NCBI GenBank assembly: GCA_951406725.2
Contig: OX597835.1
Location: forward strand, 14,818,001-14,882,000
Source of the DNA: Octopus vulgaris
Lineage: Eukaryota
Length of the DNA stretch: 64,000 bases
Direction: 5' to 3'
Of the stretch, positions 1-13,654 are shown in pieces. Under the pieces are notes generated by a model. It ran no database searches. It was not told the DNA's origin and worked only from the letters and a program-made list of their open reading frames with translations. Both the position numbers and the translations under genes were made by a program. The first letter of the stretch is position 1, and each line of letters starts with the position of its first letter.

Positions 1-53
1 TTCGTGTCTTACTTTTATTTTTGCAGTATTGAAGATAAACGAAGAATTAGTAT

Positions 54-250
54 TCTCTTTTACTCTTTTACTTGTTTCAGTCATTTGACTGCGGCCATGC
101 TGGAGCACCTCCTTTAATCGAGCAACTCGACCCCGGGACTTATTCTTTGTAAGCCCAGTACTTATTCTATCGGTCTCTTTTTGCCGAACCGCTAAGTGAC
201 GGGGACGTAAACACACGAGCATCGGTTGTCAAGCAATGCTAGGGGGACAA

Positions 251-302
<52 letters not shown>

Positions 303-458
303 GACGGGCTTCTTTCAGTTTCCGTCTACCAAATCCACTCACAAGGCATTGGTCGGCCCGGGGCTATAGCAGAAGACACTTGCCCAAGATGCCACACAGT
401 GGAACTGAACCCGGAACCATGTGGTTGGTTAGCAAGCTACTTACCACACAGCCACTCC
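54..458 (-). mobile_element. SINE family A (tRNA head, CORE-like ccttgggcaag, internal TA/CA microsatellite, LINE-like tail)
   Basis: Near-identical to many other copies in the window; TSD gaagaattagtat at 41-53 and 465-477. Confidence 0.9.
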
Positions 459-530
459 TACGAAGAAGAATTAGTATCTTTTCATTATTTCATTCGTTTT
501 TAAGGAATATTTATATTTATCTCAGTTATA

Positions 531-747
531 CGAGGGGCTACTGAAAAGTTCTTGGTTTTAAGGGGATCGTGAATGGCTTGGATGGAAGCCCAGCCTTCCG
601 AGTTCTTTTACGGGTCTTAGAAAAAACTGAAGGACTGCTTCAATGTGTGTGCGAATCTGAGAAGGGATTATGTTGGATAAAATCATAATTAATTGATCCT
701 CCTGTATTTTCGTTTACCCAAAACCAGGAACATTGCAGCAACCGTCG
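531..747 (+). mobile_element. Mariner-derived MITE (CGAGGG-type TIR)
   Basis: Imperfect TIRs cgaggggctactgaaaagttcttggtttt / aaaaccaggaacattgcagcaaccgtcg with TA flanks. Internal remnant of a mariner C-terminus (...KKLKDCFNVCANLRRDYVG*). Confidence 0.75.
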
Positions 748-837
748 TATATGTGTATGAGAGAGAGAAAGAGAGAGAGTGTGTGATACATACACTCACA
801 CATATATATATAAAGAGAGAGAGAGAGAGAGAGAGAG

Positions 838-1090
838 CTGCGTGGCCTAGTGGTTAGGGTGATGCAATCACGATCGCGAGATTGTGGTTTCAATTCCTAG
901 ACCGGGTGGCGCGTTGTGTTCTCGAACAAAACACCTGATCTCACGTTACTCTGCAATCATTTCGACACATGACCCGAGTTGCACCCCGTGCATCTGATCA
1001 GGCAACATCGATTTGATGGAGGGAGTCAGCTGATGTACGACACATACATTTGCTCACTATAAACAAATCATTTGAGCCGGTCGTTTAACA
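838..1090 (+). mobile_element. SINE family D (tRNA head, gttgtgttcttgagcaa core), diverged
   Basis: Colinear with 38849-39148 and with the reverse complement of 18750-19090. Confidence 0.7.
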
Positions 1091-1120
1091 AAACACACAC
1101 AAAAAAAAAAACTGAACACT

Positions 1121-1510
1121 AGGCGCAGGAGTGGCCGTGTGGTAAGTAGCTTGTTTACGAACCACATGGTTCCGGGTTCAGTCCCACTGCGTGGCACCTT
1201 GGGCAAGTGTCTTCTTCTATGGCCTCGGGCCGACCAAAGCTTTGTGAGTGGATTTGGTAGACGGAAACTGAAAAGAAGCCTGTCGTATATATGTATATAT
1301 ATGTGTGCGTGTATGTCTGTGTTTGTCCCCCTAGCATTGCTTGACAACCGATGCTGGTGTCTTTATGTCCCCGTCACTTAGCGGTTCGGCAAAAGAGACC
1401 GATAGAATAAGTACTGGGCTTACAAAGAATAAGACCCGGGGTCGAGTTGCTCGATTAAAGGCGGTGCTCCAGCATGGCCGCAGTCTAATGACTGAAACAA
1501 GTAAAAAGAG
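1121..1510 (+). mobile_element. SINE family A, full length
   Basis: ggcgcaggagtggccgtgtggtaag (A box) ... ggttcagtccc (B box) ... atggccgcagtctaatgactgaaacaagtaaaaagag. Confidence 0.9.
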
Positions 1511-2102
1511 TACTCATAAGTCATTTCCGTCGGGAGATTCCATCACATACGCACACACTTACAAAGCACTGATTGGACCAAGTTGTCACACAATCGGACC
1601 GAACTCGAAATCACGCCGTGGCAAAGCGAGCTTGTTAAACATACGGCCATGCCTGCACCTACAGTGCGTGTGTGTAGTGTGTTGTAGACGCGGGTACGGC
1701 TGTATAATTTATTCTGTATGACGGAGGAAATTGCCAGAACAGATAAATAATTAGAGAATCAAAATCGATATCCAAAGAATAAAACATCTCCTTGCCTGTT
1801 AGATTATCGAACTCTTAAGTAAAAAGTGTCAGCAGAATGATGTCGAGGGATGCGAGGGTCTATAAACTTCAGCAGAAGAGATCAAAGGCATTGAAATCAA
1901 TCAAAATAGACAAGTTCGAAGCAACGAAGTTGGGTTGGAAAAATATGAAAAATGGTCTGACGTAAAGGAAATTAAGTGTTCAATGAAATAATCGATAGGT
2001 GAGATTATACAGCATATTAAATCAGCACTAATTGAGCTATAGATCCGTGAGTTGTGAACGACGTTGGCAACAAATAGAACCCAAACAAAACACCCACACA
2101 CA

Positions 2103-2151
<49 letters not shown>

Positions 2152-2170
2152 CATACATATACACACATAC

Positions 2171-2535
2171 AGGCACGGGCGTGGCAGTCATAAGTAAGTT
2201 TGTTTCCCCAATCATGACGATCACAAAACTTCCGGACAAATATAATCTATCATAGCATCGAGTCGATCAAAGTTTTGTGATGGGATTTGGTAGACGGAAA
2301 CTGAAAGAAGTTCACCTGTGTGTGTGTCTCCAACAACCGCATAACAACTGGTGTTGGCGTTGGTGTGTTTACGTCCCCGTAACTTTAGCGGATCGGCAAG
2401 AAGCAACTGGCAGAATAAGTGTCGAGCTTTGAAAAAAAAAAAAAAAAAAGGACAGGGATCGATTCGTTCCATTAAAATCATTCCTTCAAATCGGTACTCC
2501 AGCATGGCCGAAATCCAATGACCCAAGCAAGTTCA
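2171..2535 (+). mobile_element. SINE family A, diverged copy
   Basis: Colinear diverged match to the family A consensus seen elsewhere in the window. Confidence 0.7.
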
Positions 2536-2613
2536 AATATATATATATATATATATGTAGTTAAAAATCTAATACGATAATTTTTGATTTGTACGGACTG
2601 TTAGCTCTTTTTC

Positions 2614-2659
<46 letters not shown>

Positions 2660-2869
2660 GTTGTATACTGTCAACTTAACGTGACAGTCCTGTAAGGGAA
2701 TTACAACATCGCTGTTTAGCCCTAGGAAGCATCAACGCTTCCTGTCGGCCTTGACACATTTCCTGTGTCCTTATATATTTACGAAGGGGAGACAAACACC
2801 CCCAACAGCTAGGCCTGCATCTAGATACATATATATATAATTACATATAAAGACATATATATATAATTA

Positions 2870-2965
2870 CAAAAGATGAAGACAGGTGTAAGAACAGCAA
2901 GCAGGTGTATTAGTTTAACGCTGGGGAAGAATAGAAAAGTCTTTTATGTTTCGAGCCAGTGCTCC
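2870..2965 (-). mobile_element. Truncated Penelope-like terminal fragment
   Basis: Minus strand gagcactggctcGAAAcataaaagac...acacctgtcttc is related to the 23.4 kb and 56.5 kb fragments. Confidence 0.4.
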
Positions 2966-3522
2966 GGTTTCCAATACTTTAGAGTTCCTAGTTTTCCATC
3001 ATTGACAGATAATCAGATCGGAAATGTGCGACTCAGGTTACCGGAAATTGTGACCTTTCAGATATAATGTATTTAAGAATGCTCTACATTCATGGATTGA
3101 GTCTTATAATTTATCGCTTCTGGTGAACCAGCAGATTTGTGTGTGTTTGTGTGTGTACGCTTTATGAGAGAGAAAGAAAGAAAGAGCGTGTATATGTGTG
3201 CGTAGCGGGTTGTCGTCTCAACATGGTTCCGAGTTCATTCCCACTGCGTGGCAACTTCCTTTTGCTATAGACCGGTAGAATACGCACCAGAATTTAAAAA
3301 ATAACTACCGGGATCGATTTGTTCGACCAAAACACTTCAAGGTGTGCCCTAGCATCCTCGCAACCCAATGACTGAGGCATATATAAAAGATAAGCATGTT
3401 ATATATATATATATTCAGCCGAAATTGCGAGGATGATCCGGTTCTTGACTGAGGATTGAATGCTTCTGTGTTTTTGTATCGTCTTCTAAATGTTTTGCAT
3501 TCTTCCAAGTTTGTATTTTTTT

Positions 3523-3553
<31 letters not shown>

Positions 3554-4086
3554 CTCTTTTACTTGTTTCATTCATTTGACTGCGGCAATGCTGGAGTACC
3601 GCCTTTTAGTCGAGCAAATCGACTTATTCTTTGTAAGCCTAGTACTTATTCTATCGCTGTCTTTTGCCGAACCGCTAAGTTACGGGGACGTAACCACACC
3701 AGCATCGGTTGTTTGGCACAGCACATATAACACTGACTAGCAGTCGAAACATATGTAGGTCAGAGTTGTAAATCCTGTAGAAAACTTCTTACAAAAACGG
3801 TTTTGAGATGTAAATAAACCCCCACTCTTCACTTCGTTATCAATTATATACTCTACGGAATATTTGCAGTTCCGGATAGGAACACGGTACTACCCAATTA
3901 GTGAAACTTCCCAGTGCCAATATCTCTTTTTAAGCTTGAGTAAGATGTAATTGGACCGATGTGGATAGACTGCGTTTATATCAGTTTCTGAGATAATACG
4001 CTATCCGCCAGGATGATATATGTATGGATGTATATATATATATGTATACATACGTGTATATGTATACACACACGCACACATGTATA

Positions 4087-4429
4087 TTCTTTTAATTTTT
4101 GTTTCAGTCATTTGACTGCGGCCATGCTGGAGCACCGCCTTTTAGTCGAACAAATCGACCCACAAGACTTATTCTTTGTAAGCCTGGCATTTATTCTATC
4201 GGTCACTTATACCAAACCGTTAAGTTACGGGGACGCTAACATACCAACATCGGTCATCAAGCGAGGGTGGGGGGCCCAAACAGTTTCCGCCTACCAAATC
4301 CACTCACAAGGCTTTGGTCGGCCCGTGGCTAAAGTAGAAGACTCTTGTCTAAGGTGCCACGCAGTGAGACTGAACCCAGAACCATGGGGTTAGGAATCCA
4401 ACTTCTTACCACACAGCCACGCCTGTCCC

Positions 4430-4460
<31 letters not shown>

Positions 4461-4503
4461 CATCACCAGTTGAGAATTGGCCGTGGGGAACAAAGGGGCA
4501 TAT

Positions 4504-4588
<85 letters not shown>

Positions 4589-4750
4589 CATACGACAGAC
4601 TTCTTTCAGTTTTCGTCTGCCAAATCCATTCACAAGGTTTTAGTTGGCCCGAGGCTGTAGTAGAAGACACTTGCCCAAGGTGCCACGCAGTGAGACCGAA
4701 CCCAGAACCATGAGGCTGGGAAGCAAGCTTCTTACTAAATAGCCACACAC
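4087..4750 (-). mobile_element. Two adjacent family A SINE copies/fragments
   Basis: 4087-4428 is a near full-length copy with an internal deletion; 4590-4750 is a head fragment. Confidence 0.75.
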
Positions 4751-5096
4751 ACACGCCTACACGTGTATATTCCGTGCATGCGCGTCCGTATATGCGTGGG
4801 CGTATTGCGTAAGCAAGATTAGAAATTGTTATCAGTCGCCGCCTTTTCGATCCTTTGATGTGTATATTTGGCCAAACAGGACTGGCTGTGCGCTATCTTT
4901 AGATAAGGTTTTTGCATTCCTATTGACCACACGCACGTTTTTAGGTTCTGCAGACTTTAATGACGACCTAGGCCAAAACAAAGAAAACCACGATCACGCA
5001 TACGTATGTGAAGGTGCCCGAGGACTGTACCTCATGACCCTTTCAGGAGTACTGAGCTGGGAAAATATTGGGAATGATTATTGATATAAATATATA

Positions 5097-5485
5097 TAGG
5101 AGTAGCTGCATGATAAAGTAGCTTGCTTACCAACCACATGGTTCCGGGTTCAGTCACACTGCGTGGTACTTTGGGCAAGTGTCTTCTACTATAGCCTCAA
5201 GCCGATCAAAGCCTTGTGAGTGGATTTGATACATAGAAACTAAAAGAAGCTTGTCGTTTATAAATATATGTGTGTGTGTGTGTGTATGCACGGGCGCGTT
5301 CTGTGTCAATGTTTGCCCACCACCATAACGTGACAACCGGTATAGGTGTGTTTACGTCCCCGTAACTTAGCGGGTCAGCAAAACGGAGCGATATAATATG
5401 TACCAGGCTTAGAATAAAATTAAGTATTGGAGTCGATTCTTCAAGGCGATGCCCCAGCTTGGCCGCAGTCTGAGTGAATCAAAAG
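5097..5485 (+). mobile_element. SINE family A, diverged
   Basis: Head, core and tail are all recognisable. Confidence 0.75.
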
Positions 5486-5764
5486 ATATGTACGTATATA
5501 TTGTGTGTGAGTGAGTGATGGCTGTCAGATTTATTTGAAACCGTGCAATATATGTGCATTCCATCTCTAAAAATAAATACCAGTTATTAACTAGGGTCGA
5601 TTTAATTGTTTTCGCAATAGTTGCGACCTTGTACCAGCAATGTCAGAACATGTATTTTTAGAACACTCCATGTCCCAACATATGTTGCATCGAGGTTTTG
5701 ACTGCCAGAGTATTATTAAGACGGGGCGGTACGGTATGGGGCAGACAGCCCGACACAGACACAC

Positions 5765-5817
<53 letters not shown>

Positions 5818-6751
5818 CGACAGACGGAGTAAAAGTGCGTAAGAGACAGACTAAAGGATGCTGCGATGCTGCTAATCTTGTATCTAGAACACACGATACG
5901 TGTATTTTCTCTTCCACCATTGTGTTTTTTTCTTCTTCTTCTTCTTCTTCTCCGACATTTAATGCAATTCCTTTTAGTACGATTCTTACCCCTCCCTAAG
6001 TAACAGTTGGCCAGGAATCTAGTCTTATTTTCGGTTTTTCGCTCCTACTACAACCGAGACATTCTCTCTACGCCTCTCTCTCTCACTCACTCCTTCGCTT
6101 CTGCCATCTTATCTAATGCCTTTCAAATCCAGGTCATTCGTTCCTTCGTCTTATTTTCATAAAAAACAGAATGAAAATAAAAATAATAAATAAAAACTTT
6201 GGAGCAGGGATAAGAATACTGATTCCCACGTGGTTAGTTAAATGTTAACGAAAAAAGATATTAAGTTTTTAATTTAGTTATAAATTCGTTTACTTTTCAA
6301 TAACGCTTTCAAGAGGTTTTACACATTCTACTTGAAATTCACTTAAGTCTTTTACATTTTAATTTTTAATCTTTTTACAGCCCAATGTTACTTTTATAAA
6401 ATATTCTTTCTTAATAATTCAAATTTTCAATAATAACATTAAGCGAAGAAAAAACTACGTTTCTTTATAATCATTTTGTTTCATTTTCTGTCTATTTTCG
6501 TTGTCAATTTAATTACATCTACCGTGAAATATATTCCTTTTACTTAACAGTCGTCAATAAGTTAACTTAGATGTCAGGGAAGCTCAGTGAATCTATTTTC
6601 TTATAAGCTTTAGATGTCAACTAACATTTTATTGAAAAATAGCCGAAAATAAACATTTCACACATACACTTAAAACGATTTCAGGTTAGCAATAACATTG
6701 AGGTTTATTCGAAACAGTTACCGCAACTCAATATATTCGGGCTTTAAACAT

Positions 6752-6917
6752 AGGCGCAGGAGTGGCTGTGTGGTAAGTAGCTTGTTTACCAACCACATGG
6801 TTCTGGGTTCAGTACCACTGCGTGGCACCTTGGGCAAGTGTCTTCTACTATAGCCTCGGGCCGACCAAAGCCTTGTGAGTGGATTTGGTAGACGGAAACT
6901 GAAAGAAGCCTGTCGTA

Positions 6918-6957
<40 letters not shown>

Positions 6958-7178
6958 TGTGTGTGTTTGTGTGTCTGTTTGTCCCCCTAGCATTGCTTGA
7001 CAACCGATGCTGGTGTGTTTATGTCCCCGTTACTTAGCGGTTCGGCAAAAGAGACCGATAAAATTAAGTGCTGGTCTTACAAAAAGAATAAGTCCCGGGG
7101 TCGAGTTGCTCGATTAAAGGCGGTGCTCCAGCATGGCCGCAGTCAAAATGACTGAAACAAGTAAAAGAGTAAAGAGTA
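6752..7178 (+). mobile_element. SINE family A, full length
   Basis: Complete head to (taaagag)n tail. Confidence 0.9.
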
Positions 7179-7875
7179 TAGACGCTGTGTATTTAACGCC
7201 CTCACCAAAATATTCCTAAATGTAAAGCATATGCTAGCGATTACCTATTTAGACTTAACTGTTTCACTGTTCTTTGTCTCATACCAAACCCACATTTGCC
7301 AGTAACCCACTTCGCTCGTGATTCTGTTAGTCCATATCTTCTACTTCCATACCGTTACCATTCACTTCAAACATCCCTTTTCTCCTACGCTCATACGACG
7401 CTCATTAATCTATTTACTTCTTATAATACTTTTTACCTTTTTATTTTTAGCGATTCTCTTTTTTTTTCTTCGCCGATCTACATGACTGCTTGCCCCCTAT
7501 TCGCAATTCTTTTTTCTTTCTTTCATCTGCTTCTACAGTCAGGTCGTCCCTTAAGGGGGTTCTAAATCTGTTATTTACTGTTTTGTCTACTACAAACGAA
7601 CCTGAATTCACAGCTACGTCATTAAGGGAGGGACGCTGAAGAAATAGAAATAAACCCACATCGATCAAGGAAACTTGTTTGTTGAGGAGTATAAGGCCAC
7701 CAACGCAAATATCCTCTTTCCACAGAAATGTTGGGGGCAGGGGGGTACAATCCCCTTCCTATAGCGGTCAAATTGGTGCAGCGGCAGATGAAATATGGGT
7801 ATTGGTTTTTAGTTCTCATGACACTGGGGTATCTTTCAGAAGCGGTTTCATTCTTTTATTCTTCGGCTTGTACAA

Positions 7876-8112
7876 GGCGGCGAGCTGGCAGAAACGTTAG
7901 CACGCCTGGCGAAATGCGTAGCCGTATTTTCGTCTGTCGTGTCGTTACGTTCTGAGTTCAAATTCCGCCGAGGTCGACTTTGCCTTTCATCCTTACGGGG
8001 TCGATAAATAAAGTACCAGTTTCCAACTGGGGTCGATGTAATCGACTTAATCCCTTTGTCTGTCCTTGTTTGTCCCCTCTATGTTTAGCCCCTTGTGGGC
8101 AGTAAAGAAATA
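7876..8112 (+). mobile_element. SINE family B (tRNA head + Nin-domain-like core)
   Basis: ggcggcgagctggcagaaacgttag ... gagttcaaattcc ... gcctttcatcc...gtcgataaa...gtaccag ... gtaaagaaata; 15-bp TSD tattcttcggcttgt at 7857-7871 and 8113-8127. Confidence 0.9.
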
Positions 8113-9450
8113 TATTCTTCGGCTTGTTTCAGTCATTCAACTGCGGTTATGTTTCGAACATTGCTTTGAAGGGATTAAATCTAGTGGTACTCAACCAGGG
8201 TCCCTTATAACCACCCTTCTGGGTCCAGATAAGATTTTGTTGTAAAAGTTTATCTGCAATAAACTGGTTACACTTCTACAGTAAACAGTATATTTTAACT
8301 ATACGCGCAGGCGTGGCTGTGTGGTAAGAAGCTTGCTTCCCAACAAGGTTCCAGGTTCAGTCCCACTGTGTGGTACCTTGGACAAATAACTTCTACTATA
8401 GCCTTGGGCGGACCAGAGCGTTGTGAGTGGATTTGTTAGACAAAAACTGAAAGAAGCCCGGATCTTTTCGCTTTGACCGGCAGATTTTTAAAATAATTTC
8501 TTTGTAACTAAACACTTTTAAATTTCGTATACTGGTAGAATGTGTTACAAAAAAAATCTTTTGTCTTGAGAAAATTCTGTAGTCTGTAAGCTATTTGTTG
8601 TTTAATTTCTTGCATTTCGGCAATTTCAACCAATCAATGACGTCTGTTGAGGTGAACATATAATACAAGCTACATCTTGTATTTATCATACCTCTCTCTC
8701 TCTCACTCACACACACACACACACACAAGCTGGTTGTTCTACATCGTCACGACACGGCAGGTCAATTACAGTTTTAATGGCATCCGTCTAAGATGATTAC
8801 AGGAGACACCCCACTTGCAATTCTCAGTGTAATTTAGCTGGGATTAATTATGAACATGTCAGATAAGGGTGGGTATAAAAGACACTCGATTCTTTGCAGA
8901 CAATTCCAACTGTTTCACAAATATCAACTGAACGAGAAACCATTCTACTTTACCAACTGTAGTGGCGCAGTGAGATCATAAGTGGATCATTCATTAGATT
9001 AAACGATAAGAATAACAATATTCTAAGAATATCATCTGTGTCTTCAACATGTCTATCATGAGTATGTGTGTTACTCTGTGCATGACTTGTGTAGAGAGTT
9101 TTTTAAAAAATCGTTTGAAATTCAGATGAATACGGTCGCGGTTCCATTGGAACGTTGGATGAGTATCTTCTGCAATAGACTCGTGGAGACCAAAGCTTTG
9201 TGAGGGGATTTGGCAAAACATGTGTGTGTTATAATCCTTTCTATTATAGAGGATAAGGCCTGAAATTTTGGGAATGGTGAGGGCTAAATTTTGGTAGCGA
9301 TAATGTGGGCACAAAACAGACACACAAACATATACATATATACATACGAGGCTATTGTAGAAGACACTTGCGCAAGGTGCCACGCAGTGAGACTGAACCC
9401 AGAACCATATGGTTGGTAAGCAAGCTACTTACCACACAGCTCCTCCTGCG

Positions 9451-9487
<37 letters not shown>

Positions 9488-10728
9488 TTAGTTTTGACTG
9501 TAAGAGTCCCTCCTAGTGTGAGGCATTTATGTATAGTAATGCCCTTAATATAAATAAATATATATTTAAAGGGAATAATAAATTTTTCCCTTACGAGGTT
9601 TTTCCCGCTAACTACTTGATAAATTCTTATAAAGATTGCATCCTATTTTAAAATTATGCATATATATATATATATAATAAAAATAATGTACCGCTGAATC
9701 CTTGGCAATGTTTTTTTTTGATTAATTTACTCCACCACCTACACCACTAAACGGTATATACAGGTGACAAGTTACAAGGTACTCAGCTATTCTTTTGGGG
9801 GATAAAAAAAACATAAAAACAGAAAAAAAGGGGTCGACTTTAAGGTTTCGATCAAGAGGGATCGTAAAGGAATGAAAAGAACAAAAAAAATAAAATAAAT
9901 AAAATAAAAAAGAAAAAAAGAAAAAGAAAAAAAAGAAAAGGAAAAGGAACAAAATAGATAGATAGATAGATAGATAGAAAAGGATGCAAACGATAAAAAA
10001 AGAAAAGATGTCTAGTTTAGGAGGAAGGTGGTTATGGAAGTAAGAAAAACGGGAAACTGATTTGTCAAAGGCCAAGCGATGAATAGTAAAAGAAGCTGTA
10101 ATATCTTAATCCAAAAAGCACGCAAAAAGGATCTGGGAAGATGTTCCTATTCTCTTGTTTGATGCCACACAAGAAGCTGCTGTTGTCAAAATTAATATCA
10201 ACTGTCTCAGCAGAAGAGACAGTGTGCCGCCGCGCGGGAGGATATCGCAGTGTTTTTAAGCAGGATGACGTGTCGGTGAGTTCTAGATAGTGTCAGTGTG
10301 TGTGTGGGAGGATGTGAAGCGCTGTGAATAGGAGCTTTGCTTGTTAGTCGGGGTGTGTACTGCATGTAACAGCTAATTGGGAGGAATTCCGGTCGTGTGA
10401 GCTGTTGTTGTGATGCGAATGGCGGTTGTTCTTCTCCAAGGATGTGTGAGAAAGTCATTCAACAAAGCTGGAAGATATATGAATGAATACATACACACAC
10501 ACACACACATATTCATTCATTCACACTTGTTTTACTCATTGGGAGGGCGGTTATATTGAGGTACCACCTTGGAGTATTTTGTCATGCAAATCCACCACAG
10601 TACTTAATTTTAAGTCAAGATCTATTGTATTGGTTTCTTGTAACCGAATCGCGAAGTTACAATGGACCTAAACAATTAACACTAGCGTCGAATGATGGTA
10701 GCAAGCACAGTAAGACACACACTAATTG

Positions 10729-10831
<103 letters not shown>

Positions 10832-12096
10832 CCTCGTGTGTACCGTTGGCGATTTTTCCCCCTCCGTCTTTCCGTCTATACATACATACATACATACATA
10901 CATACTGAACCTGAATTCACATAGTTATAACAAAAGTATGAATATTCACTGTTAACTAAGTCTAAGCTTTCTGAGTTCAAATCCCGTCGTGGACAACTTT
11001 GCTTGCCCTTATTGCAGGGTCGATAAAAAATGGGCCAGCCCAGAGTGAAGGATTGGGTCTACAAGAGGTCAGGCGAGATACCTTGTGGTGCTTATTCTGC
11101 CTCCCTCTGACAAATCATAGCAAATAAAAAATAAAAAAAACAAGCTGAGATAATTGCAAAATACTGAAAAAATTAAGGTAATTTCTTCAACTTAGTTTGC
11201 TCACAGGTGGCTTGTTATGAAAATTTGAAAAAATTCCAAGAACGTTTCTTTAGAATGTATGAGGAATGGTCCAAGGAATTCAAATATCCGTTCTCCGACG
11301 AAACGCAATAAGTCGACTGAGTGTGCATGGCCGGAGGGCGGCAGTATTCTAGGTTTTAGGTTTCTGACAGTTAAACCGCTGATGACACTGTTACCAAGAT
11401 CTCTCAGCCCAAGTCCCCGGCTTTTCTACTAGATAAACATTGACGCCATGAAATGAAGGGAGACTCATATGCTTGGACAACTTGCCAGCCTCCCTCCAAA
11501 CAATCTTAACCTGATCCGTACAAACACAGTTGTGATGATCAATTAGCTTTGACCCGACATATGTGAAAACGGCCACTCGAGTGAGGGGAGACTCGTGTGT
11601 TTGAGCAACTGCCAGCCTTCCTAAGAACAAACCTAGCCAAGTCTGTACATACACAGGGTGATGAATAGTTAGCCTTGACCAACGGCGACCCGCCGCACGT
11701 AAAAACAGCCACTCAAATGAATGAAATTAACTAAGAAATCGGACAAAACGAGCATTTAATCTCAAAGTGGAAGAGATCAAGGCAGAATTATTCAAATTGG
11801 TGTAAACACAGGAGTGCACATAGTTTGAGATTCATATGATGTATACAAACAAAATAACAGTTGTAGATGAAAGATGCAGACTTATCGATTCATTATAACC
11901 TTTCCACAGACAGTGCACCACAAAAATAGATAATTCAACAGATTTGAAAGTGAATTTCTCTGCTTCTACATAATAAATGTCATCGTGAACATTCGCTCAG
12001 AAAGGACACATCCTGTCTAGCTTACATTAGCCCATCTATAAGTCAACTTCACTCTTCTTTCTCTCCCTATTCCGTTCTTTCCTTCTCTCCCACTTA

Positions 12097-12131
<35 letters not shown>

Positions 12132-12647
12132 CCTACTCATTTCTTTACCTATGTCTCTCTTCCCTCTCTCTCTTACATGCATTTATATATATACACACAC
12201 ACACCTATGTACATACACACATATATATTTCTTTTTACTACCCACAAGGGGCTAAACACAAAGGGGACAAACAAGGGCAGACAAACGGATTAAGTCGATT
12301 GTGCGTAACTGCTACTTATTTAATCGACCCCGCAAGGATGAAAGGCAAAGTCGACCTCGGCGGAATTTGAACTCAGAACGTAACGGCAGACAAAATACTG
12401 CTACGCATTTCGCCCGACGTGCTCACGTGTCTGCCACATATATATACGCACATATACACACACATGTGTAAATGTATTACGTGCATATATATTTGTGTAA
12501 AGTGTATATAAATTATCTTTATATATTATATACGCATCTCATTTACATATACCTATAATATATATGTGTGAATGATATGCATCATATAAATGTATATATA
12601 TACAATATAATGTCTGTGTGTAAAACGGACTCCGTAAGAACAATATA

Positions 12648-13053
12648 AGGCGGCGAGCTGGCAGAAACGTTAGCACGCCGGGCGAAATGCGTAGCCGTAT
12701 TTCGTCTGCCGTTACGTTCTGTGTTCAAATTCCGCCGAGGTCGACTTTGCCTTTCATCCTTTCGGGGACGATAAATTAAGTACCAGTTACGCACTGGGGT
12801 CGATGGAATCGACTTAATCCCGTTGTCTGTCCCCTCTGCATTTAGACCCTTGTGGGTAGTAAAGAAATAGGTATTTCATCTGCCGTTACGTTCTGAGTTC
12901 AAATTCCGCCGAGGTCAACTTTGCCTTTCATCCTTTCGGGGTCGATAAATTAAGTACTAGTTACGCACTGGGGTCGATGGAATCGACTTAATCCCGTTGT
13001 CTGTCCTTGTTTGTCCCCTCTGTGTTTAGCCCCTTGTGGGTAGTAAAGAAATA
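12648..13053 (+). mobile_element. SINE family B with tandemly duplicated body
   Basis: One head followed by two ~185-bp bodies joined at gaaata|ggtatttc. Confidence 0.88.
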
Positions 13054-13654
13054 CAAATATATATTGAAGATGTATGATATGTATTATATACGCGGGAAGG
13101 AGAGAAAGTACATTTTTTAAATATATCCTAGCTTAGTAAGGTATTAACCTCGTACGACTGCGATAGCTCGACATTTTCCTTTCGTTTCTGTTAAATAATT
13201 GGAAGAAATATGTAGCCTCCATTTCATCCAATTCGTGAATTTTCTTATCCGGACTTGAGTGTTTCATTGATAACTGCCAACGGATAAAAGCGAATTAGTT
13301 TTGAGCCAACGTTAAATATTCGCCTTCTGGAAACATCATCGAAATTTCTATAAAATTACATCCTACTGTCTTAAACACGCTCTGTTTCAATAAAAGTAAA
13401 TAATGATCTGAGCTGGGACGCCTTTGATCGTACGTTTACTAGTAATGGTCTGACCAGTGGCTAAAGAACATAAAAGGAATCATTAAGCTGCTAAATAAAT
13501 GTCTGTGTGTAAAGCGGACTCGGTCAGAACTTTCGTAATATATAAACGTTGGATTGAATTAGCTGTGAATTTATTTAGATACGTAGCAATGTCTGTCTGT
13601 ATGTATCTATGCACACAAACATCAAAATAAATATAAACGCATTGACTAAAGAAT

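Noticed and set aside
236-544. Recurrent short ORFs ([21 protein letters not shown]..., MRNWYLIYRPRKDERQ...) suggesting a gene family
   Set aside because: They are antisense readings of SINE families A and B, with frame and length varying randomly between copies.
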